A stretch of DNA of 64,000 nt from Lama glama. Taxonomy: Eukaryota. Below the pieces are notes generated by a model. That model saw only the letters and a program-made list of their open reading frames with translations, was not told where the DNA came from and searched no databases. The stretch lies in assembly GCA_028534125.1 (NCBI GenBank), contig CM052824.1, positions 45,632,001 through 45,696,000 of the forward strand. Reading direction: 5' to 3'. The first letter of the stretch is position 1. Every line of letters begins with the position of its first letter. Positions 12,691 through 23,870 of this stretch are shown here, piece after piece. A program made the translations under genes and the position numbers.

Positions 12691-15600
12691 ATTACAATGT
12701 GTGTGTCTGTGTGTGACAGGAGCATGTGCATGTACATGCATATTTGTGTGTGAATCTGTGCATAACCATAGAGATGCGAGAGTGTGTGTGACAAAGGAAC
12801 CCTCTGTTTCTGAGCCTTTACAATTTGGGTGGGTGGCAGTAGAGTGTCTACGTGTGTGTGAGGCTGTGGGTGTCAGAGAATGAGTTAGATTGGTTCAGCC
12901 GCAGAGGCCCTTGGACTGGCCACTGCCCCTCTCCCAGAGTCTAGTGGTCCCTGGAGGTCACAGATCATGGCTGCCTCTGCCTCCAGGCCTGCCACCAGGG
13001 AGCAGGAGCAGTCACACTCACCCGAGGACCACCTTCTCTCAGGGCCCTCCTCACCTGGCAGTCTGGGGACGAGGCCTAGTTACTGCCCCTCCTGCTGGGG
13101 CCAGGTCAGAGCTGCCCACAGCCAGCCCTGCTCTGAGCAGAGGCAGCAGTGTGGGCTCAGCTCCCACAGCAGGCCCTCTCCAAAGAGCACTCTCAGCGCC
13201 ATGCAGGCTGTGTACACCCCTGTGTTTTCCCTGGTGGAACAGGGAGGCACTTTTAGCAACAGACTCTCACCCAGAAAATGAGAGGGAGGTGTTGCCAGGA
13301 AATAAGCATATACATACATATGTATACAGCACCGGCAGCATGCAAACAGCCTAAAAATAAATGTACTTTCTTAATCAGAAATGTCAGGATCTGTGTGGCA
13401 TCAGGTCTGGGCTCTGAGGGACACAGGTAAAGCTGACAGCCAGGGTCGTGGTTTGTGGGGCTTCCTTGGGGGCAGGGAGTGCCATGCATGGAGCAGTGAG
13501 GTGTGTCTGAGCTAAGGTCTTATCCCAGACACTGGGGGGGGGGTGAGGCCCAAGAAGCTGGACCCTGCACAGCTATAAAGACAGGGTGTTTGGGTCTTGG
13601 CTTCAAGACATCTGGCCGTGTTTCTCCAAGATCAATGTTTGTGGGAAAGCAATCTGAGCAGAGATCCAAGTGTCCAGCTCTGAAGAGTCAACTTTGGCAC
13701 TGAGTTGGGGATTTGATGGGCCCTGAGGGCCCCTCCCTGGCCTACTGTGAGGTTTAAGTGACGTCACACCCCAGGAACGCTTTCCGACCACAGAAGTGGG
13801 AGGTGAAGATGCTGAGCAGGCCGGGTCCTCCTTTCTTCTCAAGGCCCTAGAGGGGGGACCTCCCTAGGACAGACAGGGGGCTGCGGGTACTCTACCCAAA
13901 GCCCAGGGCCCCCACCTCCCCTCCAGGTCCTCCTTCCCTTCCCTGGGGAAGTAACTGTCGGACCTCGATCCCTGAGGTAAGAAATCACTTCAGGAGACCG
14001 AAGGGGAGTTCAGTGTGATGGAAATATTACAGCCTTCCTCCAGGCCCAGGTTGTAGGAGGGCCTCAAGGACGGCCCCAGAACTCCCCGGGTGTCTTCACT
14101 TCCTGGGTCTGCTCCATGCATCACGAGTGGCAGGGTTTCTGTCTGAGGGGAGGCCCGGCCGGCATTAGGAGCAGAGCTTTTGATTCTTTAACAAAATGGG
14201 TTAAAACTTGGCCCCAATGCCTGTGAGATAGAAGACAGTGAGCAGTGGGGATAATATAAAAACCTACCCTCAAAGCACTGCTGTGAGGAGTACTTTGGTG
14301 AGTCAGACAGCGAAACCCTGAGCATCATGCCAGGCACTGAGTCCCTGCTCGATACATGGTAGGATCAGCTGTCATCACTATCAGTCTTTCCTCCTGCATG
14401 CAGTGTCTCACATGAATGTTTGATGAAGGAATGAACAAAGAACTAGATATGGATCCTACCCTCAGGAAGCTCCCTGGCCGGTGGGGGAATGTGAAGATGA
14501 GGGTGACAAGGGCCACAGGAAGCAAATAAAGTGCCTGGAAGCCAGGAGAGGCCAAGACGCTTCTGGCTGATGGAGAGGCTGGGCTTGGAAGGCCTAGGGG
14601 ACTGTGAGAGACAGCAATCCAGGGAGAAACAGAGCAAGGGCAAGCAAGACAGTGGGGCACACTGGGGTCTCCAGGAGCAAGAGTCATGCTCCTCAGTGCC
14701 TCTTAAAGCTGGCTGACCACTGTTTCCTTCACTTTGGCCTTGTCCCTTCACCCCCCCGGGTCTCAGTCACTACATCTGGAAAATGAGTGGATATAAATAC
14801 ACTCCCACCCTCACTAGAGGTAAGCAACAGGGGCAGTCCGGGGCAGGTAAGTGCCCTGAAGGCTTTGGAGCTGGACTGAGCTGCAGCCCTGGCCCACCCT
14901 GCTCTAGCTGGGTCCCTTCTACCTTCTAAGCCAGCTCTTTGACTTAGTGCACACCCAGAAAGACACTAGTTCACACACCAAATTAAGCAACCGTTCAGGA
15001 GGGTAAATAATGGAAGTGACCAATAAAGATCAATGTTTTAAAACAGCCAGTGGAAACAAATATACCAGTGGTTTCTTGATTAGTGGAACCACGTGTGATT
15101 TTTTTTTTTTTGGTCTTATCCAACAGTTTTGGTATAATCCATGTTTTTTTTTTGCAGTGAGAATTTATTATTATTATGGGGGAATTATAATAAATGTTAT
15201 TGAAAATGGAGTTGGAAATACTGGGTTCATGTCCTGGATAGTTCATTACTGACTTATGTGACCTTGGCCAGGGTCTTTCCTCCTCAGAGTTTGAGCCCCT
15301 GTGGCTTGATGTTCCCAGAAGCCCCTCTGGGTTCTGATACTGGGCTCCTGAGACCCAGCGCTGACGGAGACTGAGGGTGCAGGACCCAGGGGGTCCCTCT
15401 GCCCAGGGCACTGAACTCCCGGCAGCTTTGGGTTCCTGCTCATGGTGGGAGAGTGTGGTGTGCCTACTGGCCTGGGACTCTAGCTGGGAGGGAGGGTGGC
15501 AGGGGCACAGCTGCAGGGCTGTGAGTCAGGGCAGTGTTAGTGTATGATCGCAGAGGCACAGCGGCCCCTGTCTAGGCCAGGAAGATCAGGCCTCGTGCGA

Positions 15601-15788
15601 CCTACACCCAAGAAGCTGGCACTTGTGTGACAAACACCAGCTCAGGTTGAGTCCTTGGCTAAGGCCAGTTTTCTCTGTGCCACTGACTCCCCATGATTCC
15701 CATGACCACGGTGGCATTGTCCCCTCTCTGTGCATGTTTCCACAAGATGCAGCCAAGGCCACAAGTGCGGTATCAGAAGGCATCCTAC

Positions 15789-15883
15789 CTTTTGAAGTTC
15801 ACCACGCCTTTTGGGATCCCTGTGGGGGTGTTGAAGGCTGGCAGGAGTTTCTCCCCCAGCTGGATGGCCTTTATTCGGAACAC
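15789..15883 (-). CDS. MAN1C1: MAN1C1 internal exon (probable exon 5): VFRIKAIQLGEKLLPAFNTPTGIPKGVVNFK(S)
   Basis: Acceptor CCCTTCCTTTACAG|, donor AAG|GTAGGA. 95 nt, phase 0 to 2. LLPAFxTPTGIP motif. Missed by the ORF track. Confidence 0.96.
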
Positions 15884-16539
15884 CTGTAAAGGAAGGGTCA
15901 AAGGCATTGTGAATCCTGATGGATAAACCTGCCAAGGCTACTGGGCCCAGAGTGGGAGGTGCATTAGGCTCTGGGGTCAGACAAGCCTGGACGTGAACCT
16001 GACTCCATGAATTCCTGGATCAGTTTCCTCCCTTGTTTAGAAATCAAGGAGAATATTGCCTCCCTCAGAGGGTTGTTGGAGGAATGAAAATTAGATACCA
16101 GTTGTAAAGTACTTGGGACAGTGTCAGGGCTATGAGGAAGGCTTAGAGATCATGCTGGGATCAGGGTGACCGCTGGGAAGCTGGAGCAGTCAGGGCAGTG
16201 GGTCACCTGTAGTCAGTGCCTGCCTGCACTCCAGGCTGAGCACATGGGAAAGACCCTTGGACACGCATAAAGAGCACTGGACGGGGAGCTCCAGGCCTTG
16301 CTTCCCAACTTGGCTTCCATGTGCTGCTCAGCAAACCTGTTTCCCCACTTGTAAACCCAGGGGAAGGGCCTTTCCCCTTTGACACTCTGATTCTGCCCAC
16401 TGTTCTTATTTCAAATACGGGAAAGAGTGGTGAAGGTGAATGGCTAAACCGCTGATATGATGGTCAGGGAACCACAAGGAGGTACCAGGAGTCAGGGCCC
16501 TTGCCAGAGGCTCTGACCCTTCAAACTGTTCTTCTGATT

Positions 16540-17030
16540 AATCCAAAAGCACTTGTGACCTTCTGTCTCAGTGGGTTCCCCACTGGGAATTTATTCTAAG
16601 AAAATAAATCATCAAGGATGTTGTAAAGACTTAACTTTATGGCTAATTATTCTAGCATTGTTTAGAATAGTAGAAAAACTGGAAATATGATTATATTATC
16701 AAGCAACAGGGAAATGGTGAAATTACGGCTTATCTATGTAATGGAATACCATGCAGCCACTGAAGTGATGTTGGAGAAGATGATTTCATATCAAAGAAAG
16801 TGTTTATAATCTATTAAGAGAAAATATTTCAAAATAGTGTAATTCTACTTTCGCAAAAATTATATACACATGGATGTGTGAAAAAAAGCTGGGAATACAC
16901 TGAAATATTTAAAATGGTCTCCTTGGAGGACTAGGTTCTTGGAGGATTTTCTTCTTTTGGCTTATCTCTATTTTCTGTGCTATTTTTATAATAAAACAAA
17001 CCCACAATAACTATTTGTTTTTTAAAAGAT
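16540..17030 (+). mobile_element. Degenerate L1ME-like 3' fragment
   Basis: CTGGGAATTTATTCTAAGAAAATAA...ATGGAATACCATGCAGCCA; AT-rich island. Confidence 0.7.
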
Positions 17031-17525
17031 GAGATGTAAGTCCCCATGCAACCACTCCTGGTGGGGCAACAAGCGTTTCCTTTCACTTCTGGGGCTCAAG
17101 GGGGACCGAGTGTGCTGACTCCCTGCATGTCGTTGCAAACGAAGTCACCCTGAGGTCTCTCTTCCAACATGTGCAATTTAAAGACACGGGGGCAGCTGTC
17201 AGGGACTGCAGTGGGGGATGAGTTCGTGGACACTATGTGGGATGTGGGTTAGAGGCCTCTGTGGGGCAGTGTGATTCTTATTTAGGAAGGATGGAGGGAG
17301 GGAGAAGGAAGGGAGAAATCACACCTGGGATGATGTCCAGTGCTAGACAGTGGGTCCCAGAAGTGGGCCTGGGGCAGCCACAGCAGAGTCCTGGTGGGGT
17401 TTGTCTAGAATTCAGATTCTAAAGCTTTGAATCAGCCCAGAAGCTGCTGGCTTAGCAACAAGAGGCTCTCATTTGAGGTTCCTTATATCTTTATTTGACC
17501 CCCGGGCAGGCTGAGCACAGAGGCA

Positions 17526-17557
17526 CAAAGGAGCAAAGGAGCAAAGGAGCAAAGGAA
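17526..17557. repeat. Tandem 8-mer (CAAAGGAG)x4
   Basis: Three perfect copies plus CAAAGGAA. Confidence 0.9.
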
Positions 17558-20367
17558 CCCACGGAAACGTGAAACCAAGTCTGGGGCTTCAGGCTGCCCT
17601 CTGCCCGAGGACTCAAAGCTAACCCTTCTGAAGTGCTCCTCTCTGTCAGCAAACCAGGTTTCCTCCTTTGGAAGGCCCTGCTGCTGGCTGGCACGGCAGG
17701 GTCTCAACCATCCCAGGGAGGATGCTGAGTGAGTATGTGGACAGGAGTGGCACACCTGTCCTCCTCATCATTTGGAAGTGGGTATGTGTGCCCAGCGTCT
17801 TATCCACATGACCTTCAATCCTTGCAGCAGCTTTGTGGGGAAGGTGTTGACCCTACTGGAGGAAGACAAAACTGAATCTCAGAGAAGCAATTTGCCCAGG
17901 GTCGTGGAACTATTAAGTGGCCCTCTTCCAGGACACCAAGCAGCCTCACCAACACAGAGAGATGTAGCCTCAGACAGCCATGGCAAACAATAGGCAATGG
18001 CCTAGTGGTTCCAAAACAGAGGTGAGAGACAACAAACAACAGCAAGAGACAACAGCAAACATTACGTTCTGTGGCACGGGAAGGGCACTGGACTAGGGGT
18101 CAGAGCCCAGGTTCAGATCTCCCCACTTAGCCGCTGGGCAAACTTGGGTGAGCCATGTGTTGTCTCTGAGCCTCATCTGCACAAAGGAATAGTGACATGT
18201 GCCTTGGCTGCTTCAAAGGGGCCTCCTAGAAATCAAATGAGAGGATGTACATAAATAAATGTGCTTTGTAAACTGTAACTGTAAATGTGCAAATGCCACC
18301 CAGTGCGGCTGTGGTGGTACTTATTCTCATGGGAGCTGAGTCTCTGTAGGGCTGCCCTCGCCAGCAGGGGATTCACCTCCTGCAGTTTCCCTCTGAAGCA
18401 AAGAAAGGCCTCAGCCTAGTAAGGGGTGGAGGCTCTCCTTCACCATCCATTCCACAAACACTTGTGGGAAAGACCCACTCCACAGGCACCCACCACGTGT
18501 GAGATGGAGGACAGAGAGGAGGAGGCCTCTGTCTGGTGTGGCTGAGTCCTGGTGACAAGCAGTGACGCTGGGCCAGGCTGAACAAGGGCGAGAAGCCAGG
18601 CTCACAGTGGAAAGGCCACAGGATCAGGAGTGGACCAACACAGCCCTCAGAGACTGTGTAAGCCTCACTGATCACTTTTCAAAGTCTCGTTTCTGCAGTT
18701 GTCGGTATGGCCGGGGGTCTCTAGTCATGTGGTGGTGCTGGGGCAGAGGGGTCAGGGAGGTGTGACTGGAGGACAGGGCTGGTTGGGGATTCTGAGCCAT
18801 GTAAGCCGCCCCTTGGGCCCTCTGGACAAGGTGCTCCTACCACACCCCACCTGAGAAGCCAGGGTGATGGTCCCTTCTAGGGAGCTGAGGCCTTAAAACA
18901 AGTCCTCAGAATCACAGGCACCCTCAGAGGAGGGAGGAAGGGACAGGAAGGGACAGGAAGTGTCAGGTCTGAGGAGTCCCCAGCTTCTTCCAGGATTGCT
19001 GGCCCCCACACCCACACCTGCCAGCTCTGAGCTGCACTGCCCCACCTCCACTCCCATGTCCCAGGTCTACCTCCCATCACCTGGACAGGAGGCTGGCAAG
19101 TGCCTTCTTTTGCTCCATGTCATCTTCCTGTGATGGGGTTTTCAAATGAAATTCACGCCTTGGGTGGCTCACAGGGTCCCAATGACAATTATTCAGGGAC
19201 AAATTGGTACAAGCAGTAATCTCTGCTGAGGAGAGTAGGCTAGATGGAGACGGGCCCTGTGCACCGGAGATAAAGTCCATGCCTGTTGCCTCCACACTCT
19301 TGGCTTCGGCCTGGGCTGCTTTCTGTTGAAGGGAAGCAGAGTGGCTCTCTCCTGAGAAGGGGCCGGGGGAGGTGAAGAGGGTCTTCTCTGACACTTGCTT
19401 GCCTCACCTGCACAGCTCCCTCATCAGCACTGGGCACGATAACTATTTGTCTCTGGGAGGAGAGAGCAGCCATCATGCTGAGCAGTGCAGCCCCTCTGGT
19501 AATGGAGACTCCCCCCAGACCCTCAGGCTGTGCTCACAAGGGGATGGAGAGTCTCTTGTTTCTGTGGTTCTCAAGATTCTCTTGCAGTGCAGAAAACATG
19601 GGCTTTGGAGCCCTCCAGCTCTGGGGCCAAACCCTTTCCCTCCTGCTCCATTTCACAAGAGCCCTTTTACCCCGGGGGGATTAGGACCACCCCTTGGGGG
19701 GAGACCTGAGGCCCAGCTGTGGGCAAAGGGATCTGCTCAAGGCCACAGGCAGGTGCGGTATGGGGACAAGACACAGGTTTTTTGACTTGGTGTCCAGGGC
19801 TCTGCCTTCTTGCCACACTTCACAGCCCTCCTTCTGGAAGCCAACGTGGCTCGCCTGGACTGAGTGGCCAGCAGTGGCTGCCCACCTCCCCTGTCGCCCC
19901 CTTGAGACCTGGCGCTGGTGTTTGCTGGTGGCTGGCCCAGAGTGGAGGGCATGGGATGGCTGTGGAGCAGGCCAAGGCCAAGGGGCCCTGGGGTGGAGAT
20001 AGTGAAACAACGGTCATGGCTTTATCAGTCCTGAGAACCAACATCTCTGAAAACCAGTCCAGCAGCAACACAAGCCGGGACAGAGCCCAGGTATCATGGG
20101 TGCTGTGCAGAATGGGAAGCTGTGCAGATGGTGGGTAGACCTTAGAGAATTACTACCAACTGTGGGAGCCAAGTGGGCTCCCCTGGGCAGCAGAATTAAA
20201 ATATCGGACACAAGAGGGGGAAGAATCTGCAGGTGGTACCATGGCAGTGGGATTCAAATCCTCTTGAATCCCTGTTTCTTTATAGATAAAATGAAAGGGT
20301 GGGGTTGGATGTTCTCCCAAGCCCTTTCCAGCCTGGATGTTCCAGGGGCCTCAAAAGGCAAACTCAC

Positions 20368-20448
20368 CTCCTCTCCCGTCAGGTAGAAGGCTGAGAGGAG
20401 TCCTCCGATGTACCGGATGTTCACTTCGAACAAGGATGCTTCTCCGCT
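20368..20448 (-). CDS. MAN1C1: MAN1C1 internal exon (probable exon 4): SGEASLFEVNIRYIGGLLSAFYLTGEE
   Basis: Acceptor TCTTTCTGCCCCACAG|, donor GAG|GTGAGT. 81 nt, phase 0 to 0. Contains the FEVNIR catalytic-Glu motif. Missed by the ORF track. Confidence 0.96.
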
Positions 20449-22837
20449 CTGTGGGGCAGAAAGACAGGGAGGGCAGGGGGAACATTGGTGAGATGACTAT
20501 AGGGCTCCCTGAGGCATCCAGGCCCTTGAGACAGGTCACACCTGCCACTGCCCCTGCCCCGTTGACCTGGCCACACCTGGACCAGGCTCCAAGCTCTTGC
20601 CCAGTGGGGCCAGGCTACCCTTGGTAGTAGTTTTCAGAGCAAAAGGAGAGAGGGATCAGCACCTGCCTGGCAGGCAGCTACTGCACATTTACAGAGTTCC
20701 AAATAAACACTGGGTTTGGCTTTCTTCCCCAGCCCCTGCCAGAGGCCATCGGAGCAAAGTTATGCCTGGCTGCTCTCCAAGGAGCTCAAGAACTCATGTG
20801 GGGAGCTGCTTGCTGAAGCTTAGCATGAGGAGAGGCAAATTCTCCTCCTGTCTGGTCACCTCCCCTCCTCAAGGGAGCCCTTCGGCCTAGTAAGAGGATG
20901 GTGGCACCTTTCTTTGGGGTGACAGGAAAGTGGAAGCTTCTCAGAAGAGGTTCTGAGGCAGAAAGGGCAGGGCCAAGGCTGGGAGGGACGGGTGCCAGGC
21001 AGTTACTGGTAGGAAACCAGCAGTTTCTCAACCTCAGCTCTGTAGCCCGTAGAATACAGTCACACTTGCCTTAATTATTATTGTTTTCTTTCTGAAGTCT
21101 GGACTGCAAATCAGGGGTATTAGTGCATCACGTCAAGGACCAGATCTGGGTAAACTTCCCACCTGAGCCACTCAGTTGGTTTTTGGACTTCGGGCAAGAT
21201 ATTTAGCTTTTCCCTGCCAGAATTTCTTCATCTGGAGCAGGGTAGATATGAGATGCTGATTGGGCAGGTGAGATGCCTGCCCAGGACCTGCCCATCTGGG
21301 CATGGCTTCATAAAGGTACCTGTTATTACTCCTCTGCCCATGAGGGCTCCCCTTGGCACACTTCCCACATCATGGTCTTTTATTATTAATATCAACAATG
21401 ATCATCCTTTTATCTCAGAGAGATCTTCCATTAACAGATCACTTGCAAAGCTATTCTCTCTTATGCTGCACAGTACTTGGCGAAGTCGTCACTCCCATTT
21501 TTCAGATAAGAAAGTTAAGGCTCAGAGAGATGGAGACCCCCCCATCTTGCTTTCTTCCTAAGTTGCCCCCCCTCCCCGGCCTGAACGTCCCTAAGCTCTC
21601 CAGCCCTGCCACCACCTGGCCCTTCAGGCAGTTGCCTAGGACCCTCTCTCTACCTACCATCTGTATAGGGGACAAGGCGGGCTATGAAGACACTCCTTTT
21701 TTCTCCTGCCTCTGCCTTTCCCCCTTTGGATACAGGAGGAAACAGGAGGATTCTGAACTTCCTCACCCTGTACAGACTAGCAGAAATCATAACAAGCCTC
21801 AAAATCATCACAATGATGATAGCACCACTTTACATCTGTATCGGACTTTATTGTGTTATAAAATGCTTTTTACAACCCACTGCAGTAGTCAAGCCTCACA
21901 AGCCTGTGAATTAGGCACTACCACTGTTCCGTGCTTTGGTTGGAGAAACTCAAGTTCAGGAAGGTGAAATGACTTCCCCAGAGGCTCTCCTGGAGCACTG
22001 CTCTTCCAGACTTTCCCCACTCTCTCTGTCTGCCCTGCTCTGTGCTGACATGGGCCTCTCCAGGGGCAGAGGCCTCAACTCTGCCATGAGCTGCAGGAGC
22101 TGTCCCAGGTCACAGCAGGATCTGTCACTGGTGGAGCCCTATAGTGCATTTTAATGTGACCCCTCCCAGCTCCCATCTGTCTCCACGTCTTGCTTCCCCA
22201 AACCATCTAAACAGCCTCTCTCCATGGTTAGCTGAGACCTCCAGGATGGGTCTATTACTTCAGCCTGGGCTGGGAAATCAGTGGGAGTGGCATCTGGTAT
22301 TTAAGGCTTTTGTACCATCCATACACATTAGTGTCCCTGATCAGGGATGCCTGCAAGCCTGGAAACCAAGAGGGTCCCAGACCTGGCCATGGGCCACAAA
22401 CCAGAGGGCCCCCGGCCCCTCTCACCTATCTCATGATGGCAGTATGGTGGTGAACGGGAGGTCCAGGTTAGAGCAGCTCCAAGCAGATAACCACTTCCTC
22501 CTTCACAGAATCACTTTCTCTGATGCTGCTGTTTTGTCTGACAGATTCAGTCCCAGAAGTAGCTTCCTGGGTGTGCAAAATGTGCCTGGCACCCCAAGGA
22601 AAGGAGGAAACGCCTGTGGCTGTCTTTCATCCCAGGGAGATCAGGCTGGCAAATATTCATGGGCTGGCCAGGGTAGGGGGGACATCCCCCACCTTAAAGC
22701 TGGTCTCAGCATGGAGTGCATGGAGCCCTGGTTCCGAGAATGCTCTGCTGTGTAGCTGGGTCTTAGAGACAATGGAGGAGTTGGTCAATGACCTCTTGGG
22801 CCCTTTCTGGTCCTAATACCCAGGGCTTCTGACTCAC

Positions 22838-22953
22838 CACGTTCAGGTGGAAGCTCTCTTCTACCCAAGCCTTGGCCTCCTGGAACTCCTCCTTCAGCTC
22901 CATGAGGTGGAGGGTGTCGAGGGAGTCGATGATGGTTGCCCCGCTGAGACCTC
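22838..22953 (-). CDS. MAN1C1: MAN1C1 internal exon (probable exon 3): (G)GLSGATIIDSLDTLHLMELKEEFQEAKAWVEESFHLNV
   Basis: Acceptor CTCTGTGCCTGCAG| (AG at 22955-22954), donor GTG|GTGAGT (22837). 116 nt, phase 1 to 0. GH47 DSLDTL motif. Confidence 0.96.
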
Positions 22954-23359
22954 CTGCAGGCACAGAGGATCGAAGGTGTGACCCAGGGTCATTCTTATCC
23001 TTTCCACCCCAACCATACAAGCCACCATTCCCCAGGTCCTCTCTAGATGCCTGGGCAGGCTCTGAGGCTAAGGTTGGCCCAGGCATGATCCATGGAGACT
23101 CCAGGTCTACCAGCCTTTGAAGGCACATCTAGGACCCAGCATCCTGCCATGGGATGCTTCCTCCTCAGGGCAGCAAAGAATGGTTGCCAGATTGGGGAGA
23201 CCAAGTTCAAGGGCTGAGCTGCTTCCCAGATCTTGATCTGCTCTTATATCTACCTACAAGTCAACCACCAGTACGAGCCAGGCACTCACCACTTTTCTGT
23301 GGTGCTGGGGAGGGGGGCAGGTGAGTGAACTGGCATTTGGTCTACAAATCTTAACAAAT

Positions 23360-23870
23360 GTACCAGTCCTCTGACTCTTCAATTCCATTCCTTATTTTAT
23401 TCTAAGAGAGGAGAAAAGATGTCATAAATATTTATTCCAGGAAGGTATTTATTGCAGTGTTGTATATAATGAGTAGAAGTTGGGGAAAAAACCCTCCAAG
23501 TCCAACAATAGGGGATTAGTTACACAAATTGTGGCTCAAATATAAAATAGGACACTATGCACTATGCAGACATCCACATGGGTGAGGAAGATCTGTGCTA
23601 ACTGGGGAGTTATCCATGGGATCTGTTAAGCTTAAAAAAAAAAAGTAGATTGCAAAGAAAAAAAAAAAACAAACCCAAAGCCCCACAGCATAATTTCTCG
23701 CCTGTACACCATTGTGAATGAGCCTGCACAGAACTAGGTCTGGCGAGGCATGATTCAGTGGTTATCTCTGAGTGCTGGGATTATAGGTATCCTTTGATTT
23801 CTTTCGCTCATGGATTATTTTTATAACCAGAGATGTATTTCTGTTTAAAAAAAAAAGGAAAGACATTTTG
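23360..23870 (+). mobile_element. Degenerate L1ME-like 3' fragment
   Basis: AAGTCCAACAATAGGGGATTAGTTA...CAGTGGTTATCTCTGAGTGCTGGGATTATAGG. Confidence 0.7.

Noticed and set aside
17526-17557. Short direct repeats as a CRISPR-like or functional array
   Set aside because: Simple tandem slippage with no spacers, in a eukaryotic intron.
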